Assembly (NCBI GenBank): GCA_043771175.1
Contig: JAYVHO010000011.1
Location: 12,352-76,351, forward strand
Direction of reading: 5' to 3'
Source: a bacterium
GTDB taxonomy: Bacteria > Patescibacteriota > Minisyncoccia > Phycocordibacterales > UBA1006
Length of the DNA stretch: 64,000 nucleotides
Shown here one piece after another: positions 37,937 to 47,086 of the stretch (positions within the stretch are counted from its first letter, which is position 1; every line of letters begins with the position of its first letter). Made by a program: the position numbers and the translations under genes. Under the pieces are notes generated by a model. That model did no database searches and had not been told where the DNA came from. It saw only the letters and a program-made list of their open reading frames with translations.

Positions 37937-39454
37937 ATGAATTTACTTCTCATCTTAGGAGGAGTGATTACCGGAGGAATTATTGGTTATTTTATATGGT
38001 TCGTACGATATACAACCCTTTCAAAAAATACCGATATCGATATTCAAACAAAATCACTCAGAGCCAAACAAGAAATACAAAATTTGCTTGATGAAGCAAA
38101 AGAAAAAGCCGAAAAAATTATAGAAGACGCTCGCGAAAAGCAAGAAAAACGAGAGCAAGAACTCATTTCTATTCAAGAAAAATACCTTCAAAAAGAAGAA
38201 GTTTTAGAAAACAGAAGAGTAGAAATTGACACCTTTGAAAAATCCCTTAAAGAAAAAGTTGAAGAGATTGAATCGCTTAAAGTTGAGGCTCGCGAAAAGA
38301 TCAATGAACGAAAAGAAAAAATTGAAGAGATTTCAAAAATGTCATCTGAAAAAGCCCTTGAACTCCTCAAAACGGAAGTTTCTAAAAACAATGAAGAAGA
38401 TCTTGCAAAATTGCATGCAACCTTTGAATTGAATAAAAAAGATGAACTTCAAAAGCGCGCTCAAGATATTTTAGTTTCTACTATTCATCGCCTAGCATCT
38501 TCAACAGCATCAGAAATCACCATCACAACCGTACAAATTCCCAATGATGAAATTAAAGGAAAAATTATAGGACGTGAAGGAAGAAATATCAGAACCTTTG
38601 AACGAACTCTTGGTGTGGAATTACTAGTTGATGACACCCCTGGCGCTATCATAATCTCTTCATTTGACCCGATTCGTCGCCAAATTGCACGCGTAGCACT
38701 GGAAAATCTCATTCATGATGGCCGGATTCAACCTGCAAAAATTGAAGAATTTGCAGAAAAAGCAAAGGAAGAAATTCACACTATTATTAAACAAAAAGGC
38801 GAAGAAGCATGCTTAGAACTGGGAATTTATAATTTTGACCCACGACTGGTAGCTATTATTGGAAGACTCTTTTTTAGAACGAGTTACGGACAAAATGTAC
38901 TTAATCACAGCATAGAAATGGCGCACTTGGCGGGAATGTTGGCAGAAGAACTAGGAGCTGATGTATACATTTGTAAAGCAGCGGCTCTGGTTCATGATAT
39001 TGGAAAAGCGCTTGACCATGAATTTCAAGGTTCACATATTGAAATTGGAATTAAAGTATTACGCAAATTTGGTGCTGATGAACGAATCATTACTGCCATG
39101 AAGTCTCATCATGATGATTATCCTCACGAAACCATAGAAGCGGTAATTATTCACACCTGTGACATGATCTCTGGATCTCGCCCTGGGGCACGCAGAGATA
39201 CCGTAGAAAACTATATTAAACGCCTTACTGACTTAGAAAATATTGCACATAATACTCCGGGTATTGATAAAGCTTACGCATTGTCTGCGGGGCGTGAAAT
39301 CCGCGTGTTTGTAAATCCTGTTGAGGTTTCTGACTTGGATAGTTTCCATATTGCACGCAATTTGGCCAAGGCTATTGAGTCAAACCTTAATTACCCTGGT
39401 GAAATTAAAATCACTTTGATACGAGAAAACAGAATTATTGAATACGCTCGGTAA
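37937..39454 (+). CDS. rny: Ribonuclease Y
   Basis: N-terminal TM, coiled coil, KH (GKIIGREGRNIR), HD (HSIEMA..LVHDIGK); start ATG 37937. Confidence 0.94.
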   Translation: MNLLLILGGVITGGIIGYFIWFVRYTTLSKNTDIDIQTKSLRAKQEIQNLLDEAKEKAEKIIEDAREKQEKREQELISIQEKYLQKEEVLENRRVEIDTFEKSLKEKVEEIESLKVEAREKINERKEKIEEISKMSSEKALELLKTEVSKNNEEDLAKLHATFELNKKDELQKRAQDILVSTIHRLASSTASEITITTVQIPNDEIKGKIIGREGRNIRTFERTLGVELLVDDTPGAIIISSFDPIRRQIARVALENLIHDGRIQPAKIEEFAEKAKEEIHTIIKQKGEEACLELGIYNFDPRLVAIIGRLFFRTSYGQNVLNHSIEMAHLAGMLAEELGADVYICKAAALVHDIGKALDHEFQGSHIEIGIKVLRKFGADERIITAMKSHHDDYPHETIEAVIIHTCDMISGSRPGARRDTVENYIKRLTDLENIAHNTPGIDKAYALSAGREIRVFVNPVEVSDLDSFHIARNLAKAIESNLNYPGEIKITLIRENRIIEYAR

Positions 39455-39567
39455 ATAATAAAAAGTATATTTATCCACTCGTCAATAGCACCTTTTTAAA
39501 ACCCTTAGTTTATAATGTATATAAGCACGTGTCGATGTGCATGAGAATTAATCAAAGTCTACACATT

Positions 39568-39840
39568 ATGAAAAAACAAGATATCATCAACATGTTCGCA
39601 GAAATGCTCGATATAACCAAAGTTAAATCAACTGAAGTTGTTGAAACTCTTTTTGACACAATTTCTAAGGAAATGAAAAAAGGAGGAAGCGTTGATATCG
39701 CAGGATTTGGAAGTTTCACCGCAGCTGAAGTAAATGCTTCAGTTAAGAGAAATCCAAAGACCGGAGCAGCTGTTAACGTTCCTGCTCACAAGAAGCCTAA
39801 GTTCCGCCCTGCTAAGGCTCTTAAAGAACTCGTGTACTAA
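39568..39840 (+). CDS. hup: DNA-binding protein HU
   Basis: GFGSF..RNPKTG..V..A..P.F.P..ALK pattern, 90 aa. Confidence 0.93.
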   Translation: MKKQDIINMFAEMLDITKVKSTEVVETLFDTISKEMKKGGSVDIAGFGSFTAAEVNASVKRNPKTGAAVNVPAHKKPKFRPAKALKELVY

Positions 39841-39866
39841 TCTACACCAGTCAACTTTTAATTATG

Positions 39867-39901
39867 AAAAGGACGGTCGCCATAGGCGACCGTCCTTTTC
39901 T
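39867..39901 (+). terminator. Intrinsic terminator after hup
   Basis: AAAAGGACGGTCGCC-ATA-GGCGACCGTCCTTTTC. Confidence 0.85.
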
Positions 39902-40125
39902 ATTACACAAATTTTTATATCTTTTGACTGATTTCAATCTCAATACGTCCATCTTCTTGTTTAGTTAGTCTAGAAACACATTCGTGTTGATCACGATTTT
40001 TTAAAATTACTGCATCAAAGATTATTCGTCTGTATGACCGTTTTTGGAAACCATAAATAGAAATTCCTTGACAACTTCTTTAGTTTTTTCATTACGTAAA
40101 AAACCTCCATTACTGGAAGTTTTTT

Positions 40126-40199
40126 TGGTGCGGGCAGAGAGAATCGAACTCTCCTCCCCTGCTTGGAAGGCAGGTATTCTACCACTAAACCATGCCCGC
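40126..40199 (-). tRNA. tRNA-Gly (anticodon TCC), CCA encoded
   Basis: Manual cloverleaf: GCGGGCA acceptor, anticodon loop CTTCCAA, T-arm GAGAG-TTCGATT-CTCTC, 3' ACCA. Confidence 0.9.
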
Positions 40200-40263
40200 A
40201 TGTTTTGTGTGAAACCAGTATAGCAAAATTTGGCAAAAAGAAAAGGGCCATCTTGGCCCTTTC

Positions 40264-40866
40264 TTAAAAATCAATGGGATCTAACCCAAACTCTTCTTTA
40301 ATAATTTCTACAATTTGTTGATAAAGTTCTTTTTTTGTAGTCGACAAATTGTTTACAACAATGTAATCCGCTGCTTTTTCACCATCAATGGTTTCTGTTA
40401 CAGCCTTTTTTAACCTTTCATTCATGGATTCTTCGCTGGTGTCTCCTCTTGTTTCAAGCCTCTTCTTAAGAGTATTGATCAAATTATCCTTCGCAGTGAT
40501 AAAAACAAGAATAAGGTCTCTTTTCATATTTTCCTTTAATTCTATAGCTCCTTGAATATCCACATCAAGAAGTAAAATCTTACCTTCTGATTGGACACGA
40601 TGAACTTCAGATTTTGATGTTCCATAAAATTGACCTCGATATACTTCTTGATACTCAAGCATGTCTCCATCCTGAACCCTACTAAAAAACTGATTATGGT
40701 CAAGGTAATAATATGCATCATGTTTATCTCCAGCCCTATGTAATCGAGTTGTACACGAAACAGAAAATCCAAATTTACCAGGATAATGTGTTTCAATAAA
40801 AGTAACCAGTGTACTTTTCCCACCACCAGAAGGTGCCGTTACTGCGAGGGTTTTTTTATGATTCAT
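40264..40866 (-). CDS. gmk: Guanylate kinase
   Basis: P-loop APSGGGKST, TTR, YYY..F and E..YG motifs; start ATG 40866. Confidence 0.92.
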   Translation of the reverse strand: MNHKKTLAVTAPSGGGKSTLVTFIETHYPGKFGFSVSCTTRLHRAGDKHDAYYYLDHNQFFSRVQDGDMLEYQEVYRGQFYGTSKSEVHRVQSEGKILLLDVDIQGAIELKENMKRDLILVFITAKDNLINTLKKRLETRGDTSEESMNERLKKAVTETIDGEKAADYIVVNNLSTTKKELYQQIVEIIKEEFGLDPIDF

Positions 40867-40960
40867 TTCTTGCAATTTTTAGTTTAAAAAATATTTGAAT
40901 AACTATACCATATACCGCCAAAAACACCACATTTCTGTAGTGTTTATGGTGAAACAGTTT

Positions 40961-41314
40961 TTATTTCTTTGCATCAAGTTTATCCAAACCAAGTCCTTTA
41001 AAGAGAAAATATATTACGGCTGCAATGATAGCAAAATCAACTATCGCACTGACAAAACTTCCCCATCGTATTGCCGTTGTCCCAATCGAGATAATATGAG
41101 AAGAAAGGTCAGATGCACCTCCAAGAATAAGTCCTATCAGTGGATTAATCACATCATCCACTAATGATGAAACAGTCTTAGAAACAGCACCACCTAATAT
41201 AAACCCAACAGCAAGTCCCACTACCCCTTGTTCTTTAATAAAAGTCATAAAACCAGCCATTTTTGACTTTGCTTTTGCAGCATGCCCACCAATCATTTCT
41301 TCCATATGTTTCAC
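40961..41314 (-). CDS. mscL: Large-conductance mechanosensitive channel
   Basis: FIKEQGVVGLAVGFILGGA..INPLIG MscL pattern; true start may be ATG 41260. Confidence 0.85.
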   Translation of the reverse strand: MKHMEEMIGGHAAKAKSKMAGFMTFIKEQGVVGLAVGFILGGAVSKTVSSLVDDVINPLIGLILGGASDLSSHIISIGTTAIRWGSFVSAIVDFAIIAAVIYFLFKGLGLDKLDAKK

Positions 41315-41406
41315 ATATTACTTATATATTTGTATTATATCTCAAAGTCTTTGTTCGATTACCCTTTTCTTTAGTCTGTATATATGTTAGTATGAAAACA
41401 CAATTT

Positions 41407-41479
41407 CGGGGTGTGGTGTAACGGCTAACATGCTGGTTTTGGGTACCAGTGACTCCGGGTTCGAATCCCGGCACCCCGA
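41407..41479 (+). tRNA. tRNA-Pro (anticodon TGG), no encoded CCA
   Basis: Manual cloverleaf: CGGGGTG acceptor, anticodon loop TTTGGGT, T-arm CCGGG-TTCGAAT-CCCGG. Confidence 0.9.
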
Positions 41480-41488
41480 CTAATTAAC

Positions 41489-41845
41489 TTAAATCACTTC
41501 CACAAAAGTGATTTTTGTTTTGTGTTTAAAAATAAGCACCCTGACCCCGTATATTTTAATTGAAAATGAACAATATGTTTTCCATAATTTTTCTTTAAAG
41601 ACAGACTTGATTCTTTGGATCTTATTCTTGTCTATGGCACCAAGTGGGTCAACATGATCCTCAAGGTCATTATGAACAATCAGGGACTTTACTTCATATA
41701 TATACAAAGTTTTGTCCTTAATAGAAACAATATCTATCTCCCCTTTTTGACCATAAACATTTCTCTCAACAATAATGTGTCCTTTAAAAATCAGTGCGTC
41801 TGCAACCATATCTTCTGCCTTGTTTCCTTTATCACGTGTATGCAT
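41489..41845 (-). CDS. yraN: YraN family (UPF0102) endonuclease-like protein
   Basis: KGNKAEDMVADAL..ERNV..KGEIDIV..YIYEVK pattern. Confidence 0.8.
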   Translation of the reverse strand: MHTRDKGNKAEDMVADALIFKGHIIVERNVYGQKGEIDIVSIKDKTLYIYEVKSLIVHNDLEDHVDPLGAIDKNKIQRIKSVFKEKLWKTYCSFSIKIYGVRVLIFKHKTKITFVEVI

Positions 41846-41851
41846 TTCTTA

Positions 41852-41857
41852 ATTATA
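41852..41857 (-). promoter_or_regulatory. -10 box TATAAT, leaderless spacing
   Basis: 6 nt before ATG 41845. Confidence 0.5.
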
Positions 41858-41862
41858 CTTTT

Positions 41863-42111
41863 TGTCCATTATTGTTACTATTAATTTCTAACAGACTTAC
41901 TTGTTATTTTATTATGGACAAAAAGACATTTTACTATTGGACATTATAAAGGACATAAAAAAGTTATCCACATTTTATGGGTTTATACACCCACTTATCC
42001 ACAGTGATTTTTATAAACTGTTCAAAACTGTGGATAAACCTGTTTATAACCCATTTTCAAATGGACATATGTCCTTTATCTTAGCTCATTATGTCCAATA
42101 TATTATGGACA
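41863..42111. repeat. Array of TGGACA/TGTCCA iterons including palindrome GGACATATGTCC
   Basis: Sites at 41863, 41915, 41938, 41951, 42062, 42069, 42092 and 42106; palindrome 42063..42074. Confidence 0.75.
41964..42037. promoter_or_regulatory. Cluster of three perfect DnaA boxes (TTATCCACA)
   Basis: 41964..41972 (+), 41995..42003 (+), 42029..42037 (-); weaker TTATAAAC-type sites flank box 3. Confidence 0.8.
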
Positions 42112-42155
42112 TAACGGTCATAATATTCTCCACTTTCTTTTTTATATTTATACGC

Positions 42156-42161
42156 TATACT
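42156..42161 (+). promoter_or_regulatory. -10 box TATACT for the tRNA operon
   Basis: 11 nt before tRNA-Gly 5' end. Confidence 0.45.
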
Positions 42162-42172
42162 GTTTTTACTCA

Positions 42173-42243
42173 GCGGGTATGGTTTAGTGGTAGAATGCGT
42201 CCTTGCCAAGGACGAGACAGGAGTTCGATTCTCCTTACCCGCA
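42173..42243 (+). tRNA. tRNA-Gly (anticodon GCC), no encoded CCA
   Basis: Manual cloverleaf: GCGGGTA acceptor, anticodon loop TTGCCAA, T-arm AGGAG-TTCGATT-CTCCT. Confidence 0.9.
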
Positions 42244-42266
42244 CATTGAAGCACTAGCTTCAATAG

Positions 42267-42338
42267 GCACCTGTAGTGGAATGGATATCACGACTGACTT
42301 CGGATCAGTTATTCTAGGTTCGAATCCTAGCAGGTGCA
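42267..42338 (+). tRNA. tRNA-Arg (anticodon TCG), no encoded CCA
   Basis: Manual cloverleaf: GCACCTG acceptor, anticodon loop CTTCGGA, T-arm CTAGG-TTCGAAT-CCTAG. Confidence 0.88.
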
Positions 42339-42355
42339 CTACGATACTCATTAAT

Positions 42356-43828
42356 ATGTTTAATCTCCCTCTTAAAGTTAAAGAACTTGCTCTTTTATTT
42401 CATTCTCATAACTATGAGCTTTTTTTAGTTGGCGGCTCTGTGCGAGATCTACTAATGGATAAAGAACCAAAAGATTACGACTTTACCACCAATGTTTCAC
42501 CAGAAACCATTATCGAGTTAGCGGAAGAAGTTGGGATCAAAGCGGTGTACACCAACACATTTGGCACCGTAACATATGTATTTGAAGAAGAGCCTCTCTT
42601 GTCCCCTCTTCGTGAGTTTCAAATCACTCCTTACAGAAGCGAATCTGTTTATTCTGATGGACGTCATCCAGATACTATTACATGGGCAAATACTGTAGAA
42701 GAAGATCTCAGTAGGAGAGATTTTACTATCAACGCAATTGGTTATAATATGGCAACTGACACACTGATTGACCCTTTTAATGGACAATCTGATATTCTAT
42801 CACGGACACTTTCTGCGGTTGGTGACCCAGATACACGATTCAAAGAAGACTATTTACGTATTTTACGACTTATTCGGTTTACTGCTTCCCTTGATTTTGT
42901 AATTTCACGTGAAACACATGCTGCAGTATTGCCTCTTGTGGCTTTTTTAAAGGACTTATCGGGAGAACGCATACGTGATGAGTTTTTTAAAATGATTGAA
43001 AGCAATAACCCTGAAAATGCTATGAATGTACTTTGTGAAACAGGAGCTTTAGAAGTTCTATTTCCAGAAATTTTTGAAGGGGTTGGGTGCGATCAATCAC
43101 GTAGTCATATATATGATGTGTTTACTCATTGTGTTAAAGCACTTCAAAATGCTGCGGACAACCACTTTCCGTTACATGTGCGACTGGCAGCATTACTTCA
43201 TGATGTGGGAAAACCACGAACAAAGCGCTACGATCCAGCACAGAAACTGTACACTTTTTACGGACACGAAGTAGTTGGTGCAAAAATGTCCGATAAAATC
43301 CTTAAGCGACTTAAAGCTCCACTGGAAACACACGAAAAAGTTGTTACACTGGTCCGTTATCACATGTTTTTATCGGACACAGAAAAAGTAACTCACAGCG
43401 CAGCACGCAGGCTTGTCCGTAATGTAGGCATAGAACTTATTTGGGATCTTATCAATATTAGGAAATGTGACCGAAAGGGGATGGGGAAGACAGAGGAACC
43501 TATTCGACTGCGACAGTTTGAGGTTATGATTGAAGAGGTAATACGTGACCCAGTGTCCGTAAAGCAACTGGCCATTAACGGACATCATCTTATGAACACT
43601 CTTAGTATAAAGCCAGGACCACGCATTGGGTGGACACTACTTGCACTCCTTGAGGAGGTGATTGAAGATCCTTCAAAAAACACCTTGGAATATCTTCTTG
43701 AAAGAGCAGGGGGGTTGGCACGTGAAACTGATCAAAATCTCAGAAAGCTTGGTGAAGAGGGCAGGGAAGCAAAAGACCAAAAAGACGAAGAAGAACGCAA
43801 TATTATCAAAAAAGAGTATCATGTGTAA
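42356..43828 (+). CDS. cca: CCA-adding enzyme / tRNA nucleotidyltransferase with HD domain
   Basis: LVGGSVRDLLM..DYDF, RRDFTINA, ED.LRILR, HDVGK motifs; start ATG 42356. Confidence 0.9.
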   Translation: MFNLPLKVKELALLFHSHNYELFLVGGSVRDLLMDKEPKDYDFTTNVSPETIIELAEEVGIKAVYTNTFGTVTYVFEEEPLLSPLREFQITPYRSESVYSDGRHPDTITWANTVEEDLSRRDFTINAIGYNMATDTLIDPFNGQSDILSRTLSAVGDPDTRFKEDYLRILRLIRFTASLDFVISRETHAAVLPLVAFLKDLSGERIRDEFFKMIESNNPENAMNVLCETGALEVLFPEIFEGVGCDQSRSHIYDVFTHCVKALQNAADNHFPLHVRLAALLHDVGKPRTKRYDPAQKLYTFYGHEVVGAKMSDKILKRLKAPLETHEKVVTLVRYHMFLSDTEKVTHSAARRLVRNVGIELIWDLINIRKCDRKGMGKTEEPIRLRQFEVMIEEVIRDPVSVKQLAINGHHLMNTLSIKPGPRIGWTLLALLEEVIEDPSKNTLEYLLERAGGLARETDQNLRKLGEEGREAKDQKDEEERNIIKKEYHV

Positions 43829-43842
43829 CAAAAAAACAAATG

Positions 43843-43878
43843 AAAGAGCCGGACGCGCAAAGCGCGTCCGGCTCTTTC
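43843..43878. terminator. Bidirectional intrinsic terminator
   Basis: AGAGCCGGACGCG-CAAAG-CGCGTCCGGCTCT. Confidence 0.8.
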
Positions 43879-44663
43879 TATATCTCAATAATGAGTTGAA
43901 CCGGGCAGTGATCAGAACCTAAAATAGTTGTGAGATGCTCGCAAGAAACGACATGTTCAAAGAGGGGATTACTTGTCAGTGCGTAATCAATTCTCCATCC
44001 AACATTTCGGTCTCGTGCACGAGTTTTTTGATCCCAATAGGTATATGAATCAAGTTGTGTCTTGTGTAACTCTCTAAAGGTATCTTTATATCCTAACGCA
44101 AGCAGTTCATCTATTTTTACACGTTCTTGTGGTAAAAACCCAACGTTTTTCTCATTTTCTTTTGGACGAGCCAGATCTATTGCGGTATGAGCGATATTTA
44201 AATCACCCAATATCATGGTTTTTGGGTGATCCACCAGAAACTTTTTCTGCCAATCTAACAGTGCGTCATAAAACGCTAGTTTATATACCAATTTCTCTGG
44301 TTCACCCCCACCATTAGGAAAGTATCCATTTATTAGTGAAAAACCATCAAAATGAATAGTTATAAGTCGTCCTTGCTCATCAAGATTTTGATATGGCGCA
44401 GGAAAGGATGTTTCACAAGACACCAATGGCAGTTTTGAATATGCAGCGGTGCCGCTGTAACCCTTTTTGAAAAGTGGACTATGAAACAAAGCCACGTAAC
44501 CATTTTTATTTAAAATAATATCATCTAGTTGTTCTTTATGAGCTTTAGTTTCTTGAATTAAAAGAATATCTGGGTTATGAGAAAAAATCTCATCTAATGC
44601 ACCTTTTGTTTGTGATGCGCGTATTCCGTTTACATTCCAAGAAATAATTTTTATCTGTTTCAT
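43878..44663 (-). CDS. xth: Exodeoxyribonuclease III
   Basis: ISWNVNGIRA, LIQETK, GDLNIAH, SDHCPV motifs. Confidence 0.95.
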   Translation of the reverse strand: MKQIKIISWNVNGIRASQTKGALDEIFSHNPDILLIQETKAHKEQLDDIILNKNGYVALFHSPLFKKGYSGTAAYSKLPLVSCETSFPAPYQNLDEQGRLITIHFDGFSLINGYFPNGGGEPEKLVYKLAFYDALLDWQKKFLVDHPKTMILGDLNIAHTAIDLARPKENEKNVGFLPQERVKIDELLALGYKDTFRELHKTQLDSYTYWDQKTRARDRNVGWRIDYALTSNPLFEHVVSCEHLTTILGSDHCPVQLIIEI

Positions 44664-44669
44664 ATAATA

Positions 44670-44675
44670 ATTCTA
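44670..44675 (-). promoter_or_regulatory. -10 box TAGAAT, leaderless spacing
   Basis: 6 nt before xth ATG. Confidence 0.45.
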
Positions 44676-44708
44676 ACGCAAAATCAAAAAATTGCACTTA
44701 GTAGTCTT

Positions 44709-44790
44709 CCTTGTCCATCATATCGCTTGAAACGGTATCCAGATTTTTTTCAATTTCGTCAGGATCCCACTTTTTCAGTGGGATGACAAA
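44709..44790. repeat. Inverted doublet of the hairpin repeat
   Basis: CCTTGTCCATCATATCGCTTGAAACGGTATCCAG, 14 nt, CGTCAGGATCCCACTTTTTCAGTGGGATGACAAA. Confidence 0.75.
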
Positions 44791-44801
44791 AAAGTAAAAA
44801 C

Positions 44802-45464
44802 TTATTTCTTCTGAAACCCTGTTAATGAAATAACCAATTCTTCTCCTGGATCAGTGCGCGAGTCAAATGTATGTTCCTCATGAAACATTTCATTAAAGTT
44901 TCTCAAATATCTATTTTTAAGATATTTTTCTGGGTATATACGATGAGAAATACCAAATTTTGTAAATTCTTGAACAAATAAATCTTCTTTATTTGGTGCG
45001 TATCCATAAATTTTACTGGTCTTTGTGGAATATGAAACATGTAAATAATATCCATCGGGCTTTAATACTCGCTCAATTTCTTTAAAAATATTTACCATTT
45101 CGGTATCTTGAGCATAAGTAAGAATGCCACCATCACACACCAAATCAAAAGAAGCATCTACAAATGGAATTTGATCGGCGTTTGCAACCATGACTCCTAT
45201 ATTTTTTATTCTATGATTTTTAATATCTTCTTTTAATTCTTTAATCACTTGCATATTGGTATCTATACCAAATAATTTATGACGAGTATTTTTAAGCGCA
45301 AGCAGTGAAAGCCCATGACCAACACCAAGCTCTAAAGTATACGGATTATTTATACTAAGACTTTCTATCACCCGTGTAATTTCTTTATGATAGGGAATAT
45401 GACTCCAAATATCAGATCCCGTTCTATACGCGTTATCAAAATAAATATCAGTAGCGTCATTCAT
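44802..45464 (-). CDS. Class I SAM-dependent methyltransferase
   Basis: LELGVGHGLS motif I, FDLVCDGG; start ATG 45464. Confidence 0.8.
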   Translation of the reverse strand: MNDATDIYFDNAYRTGSDIWSHIPYHKEITRVIESLSINNPYTLELGVGHGLSLLALKNTRHKLFGIDTNMQVIKELKEDIKNHRIKNIGVMVANADQIPFVDASFDLVCDGGILTYAQDTEMVNIFKEIERVLKPDGYYLHVSYSTKTSKIYGYAPNKEDLFVQEFTKFGISHRIYPEKYLKNRYLRNFNEMFHEEHTFDSRTDPGEELVISLTGFQKK

Positions 45465-45473
45465 GTTACATAC

Positions 45474-45482
45474 ATTATGCCA
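45474..45482 (-). promoter_or_regulatory. Extended -10 box TGGCATAAT
   Basis: 9 nt before ATG 45464. Confidence 0.45.
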
Positions 45483-45494
45483 CACCAAAAAGCC

Positions 45495-46409
45495 TTATCT
45501 TTTGTGGAACTTTTTGTGAATGTCTAAAAGATGCTTGTCCGTTACGTGAGTATAAATTTGTGTAGTTCCTATGTGTGCATGACCCAACATAGCTTGAACA
45601 CTGCGTAAATCTGCGCCATTTTCAAGGAGATTAGTAGCAAAGGAGTGTCTGAATACATGAGGCGTTACTCGTTTTGAAATACCAGCTTTTATGGCATAAA
45701 ATGCTACGACGCGCTCAACAGAGCGAGGCGTTAATCTTCCTGGTGATGTTTTATGTAATGTTCGTTGTGAAACATCTCTGAACATCGGTTCCGCCATATC
45801 TTTTCTCTGTTTTAAATATGCCACCAAAGAATCTTTTGCCTCGGGAGAAATAAATACCACGCGAACTTTTTCTCCTTTACCCCGAATAGAAAATTCAGAG
45901 CGCGTTAAATCAAGATCTCGGTTTAATGAACAGAGTTCAGAGACACGTAATCCTGTTGAATATAATAGTTCAAGCATTGCCTTATCCCGCAAACCTTTTT
46001 CTGTATCTTTTTCTGGAGCTTCTAAAATTCTTTGAAGCTCATCAAACGTGAGAAAATCAATATCGCGCTCGCCAACTTTTGCCAGCTCTATCATTTCTGG
46101 ACGCGCTGATGCAATACCGCGTTTCATAAGAAACTTCAAAAGCATACGCAGAGCAATTAAATAATAATTCTGTGTTTTCTTTTTCATAGTATCTTGCGTT
46201 TGTCCTTTACGCGCAGCGCCTTTTTTTCTGTTTAACAAGCTTCTAAATGATCTGATTGATTCTTCGGTAATATCTACAGCATGTTTAACATTCATAGTGG
46301 TGATGTATTCTTTTAAATATCTCTCATAATTTTCAAGTGTTTTTAAACTTCTCCCTTTTTCTATTTCAAGATATTCCAAAAAACTTCGAAGTGCTGTATA
46401 TATTTCCAT
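45495..46409 (-). CDS. xerC: Tyrosine recombinase XerC/XerD family
   Basis: R..HVFRHSFATNLLENGADLRSVQAMLGH..TTQIYTHV catalytic motifs. Confidence 0.93.
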   Translation of the reverse strand: MEIYTALRSFLEYLEIEKGRSLKTLENYERYLKEYITTMNVKHAVDITEESIRSFRSLLNRKKGAARKGQTQDTMKKKTQNYYLIALRMLLKFLMKRGIASARPEMIELAKVGERDIDFLTFDELQRILEAPEKDTEKGLRDKAMLELLYSTGLRVSELCSLNRDLDLTRSEFSIRGKGEKVRVVFISPEAKDSLVAYLKQRKDMAEPMFRDVSQRTLHKTSPGRLTPRSVERVVAFYAIKAGISKRVTPHVFRHSFATNLLENGADLRSVQAMLGHAHIGTTQIYTHVTDKHLLDIHKKFHKR

Positions 46410-46416
46410 GTTTCAC

Positions 46417-46425
46417 ATTTTACCA
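46417..46425 (-). promoter_or_regulatory. Extended -10 box TGGTAAAAT, leaderless spacing
   Basis: 7 nt before ATG 46409. Confidence 0.5.
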
Positions 46426-46504
46426 TATTGTGCGACGTATTGACTTTCATACAAAAAAATGTTTTATTAAAGAAAACTTTTTAAAACATTTAAAACATTA
46501 GAAC

Positions 46505-47014
46505 ATGAAAAATTTGTTTTCTACTATGGTAATCATATTTTTATTTTTTCATTTTGTCTTTGGTCAATCAAGTTATTTGGTGAATACCAAATCAGAAAAC
46601 ATGCTGCGTTTCAAAAAAACTCAGTATGACATTAAGAAAGTTGGAGAAGAATTAAGCTTTCAGCCACTTATGGTAAATGGCTGCAAGCTTCAAGAAAGCG
46701 CCTCAGGGCCTTCTAAAACTGAAGTTCGTAGCTTCACCAAAGAAGTAGAACTTACTACGATAACCAATAATACTGAGGACTTTCAAAATAGGGGTTTTGA
46801 AATCTCAGAAGCCATTGTAATTATGGGAGTTCTTTCAAAAACTCAGGAAATCTATAAAAAAGAACGATACGTTTTGATTCCCATTCAGTATAGCCTTTGT
46901 TTTGAAAAACGATATTTGGTCATGTATTGTTTTGGTAAGAAAACTCGGGCAGTTTTCATGCCAACATATCCAACCATTATGAGAGAAGGCGACTATATTA
47001 TCCTTAAAAAATAA
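46505..47014 (+). CDS. Hypothetical secreted protein (169 aa)
   Basis: N-terminal signal-like MKNLFSTMVIIFLFFHFVFG; no domain recognised. Confidence 0.5.
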   Translation: MKNLFSTMVIIFLFFHFVFGQSSYLVNTKSENMLRFKKTQYDIKKVGEELSFQPLMVNGCKLQESASGPSKTEVRSFTKEVELTTITNNTEDFQNRGFEISEAIVIMGVLSKTQEIYKKERYVLIPIQYSLCFEKRYLVMYCFGKKTRAVFMPTYPTIMREGDYIILKK

Positions 47015-47070
47015 GGATAGTAATTAAGAAAAAGCAAGTACAAATATTACTTGCTTTTTTTATATATCCA

Positions 47071-47079
47071 TGGTATCGT
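47071..47079 (+). promoter_or_regulatory. Extended -10-like box TGGTATCGT
   Basis: 7 nt before rpsO ATG. Confidence 0.4.
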
Positions 47080-47086
47080 ATCTCAT

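Noticed and set aside
39925-40091. A 25-codon ORF (ATG 40091) ending CTT TGA, identical in length and slip site to the prfB programmed +1 frameshift, with a +1 frame open for 34 more codons
   Set aside because: The combined product would be only about 60 aa and shows no RF2 features (no SPF or GGQ motifs). There is no upstream SD-like stimulator, and the ORF starts inside the tRNA-Gly terminator. Most likely coincidence. Worth rechecking only if prfB proves absent genome-wide.
40015-40251. ORF 40015..40251 (78 aa)
   Set aside because: It overlaps tRNA-Gly(TCC) on the same strand, and its translation is tRNA-derived nonsense.
41901-42263. ORFs 41901..42257 (+) and 42081..42263 (-)
   Set aside because: They span the DnaA-box and iteron region and run into tRNA-Gly(GCC). 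Both are AT-rich low-complexity translations.
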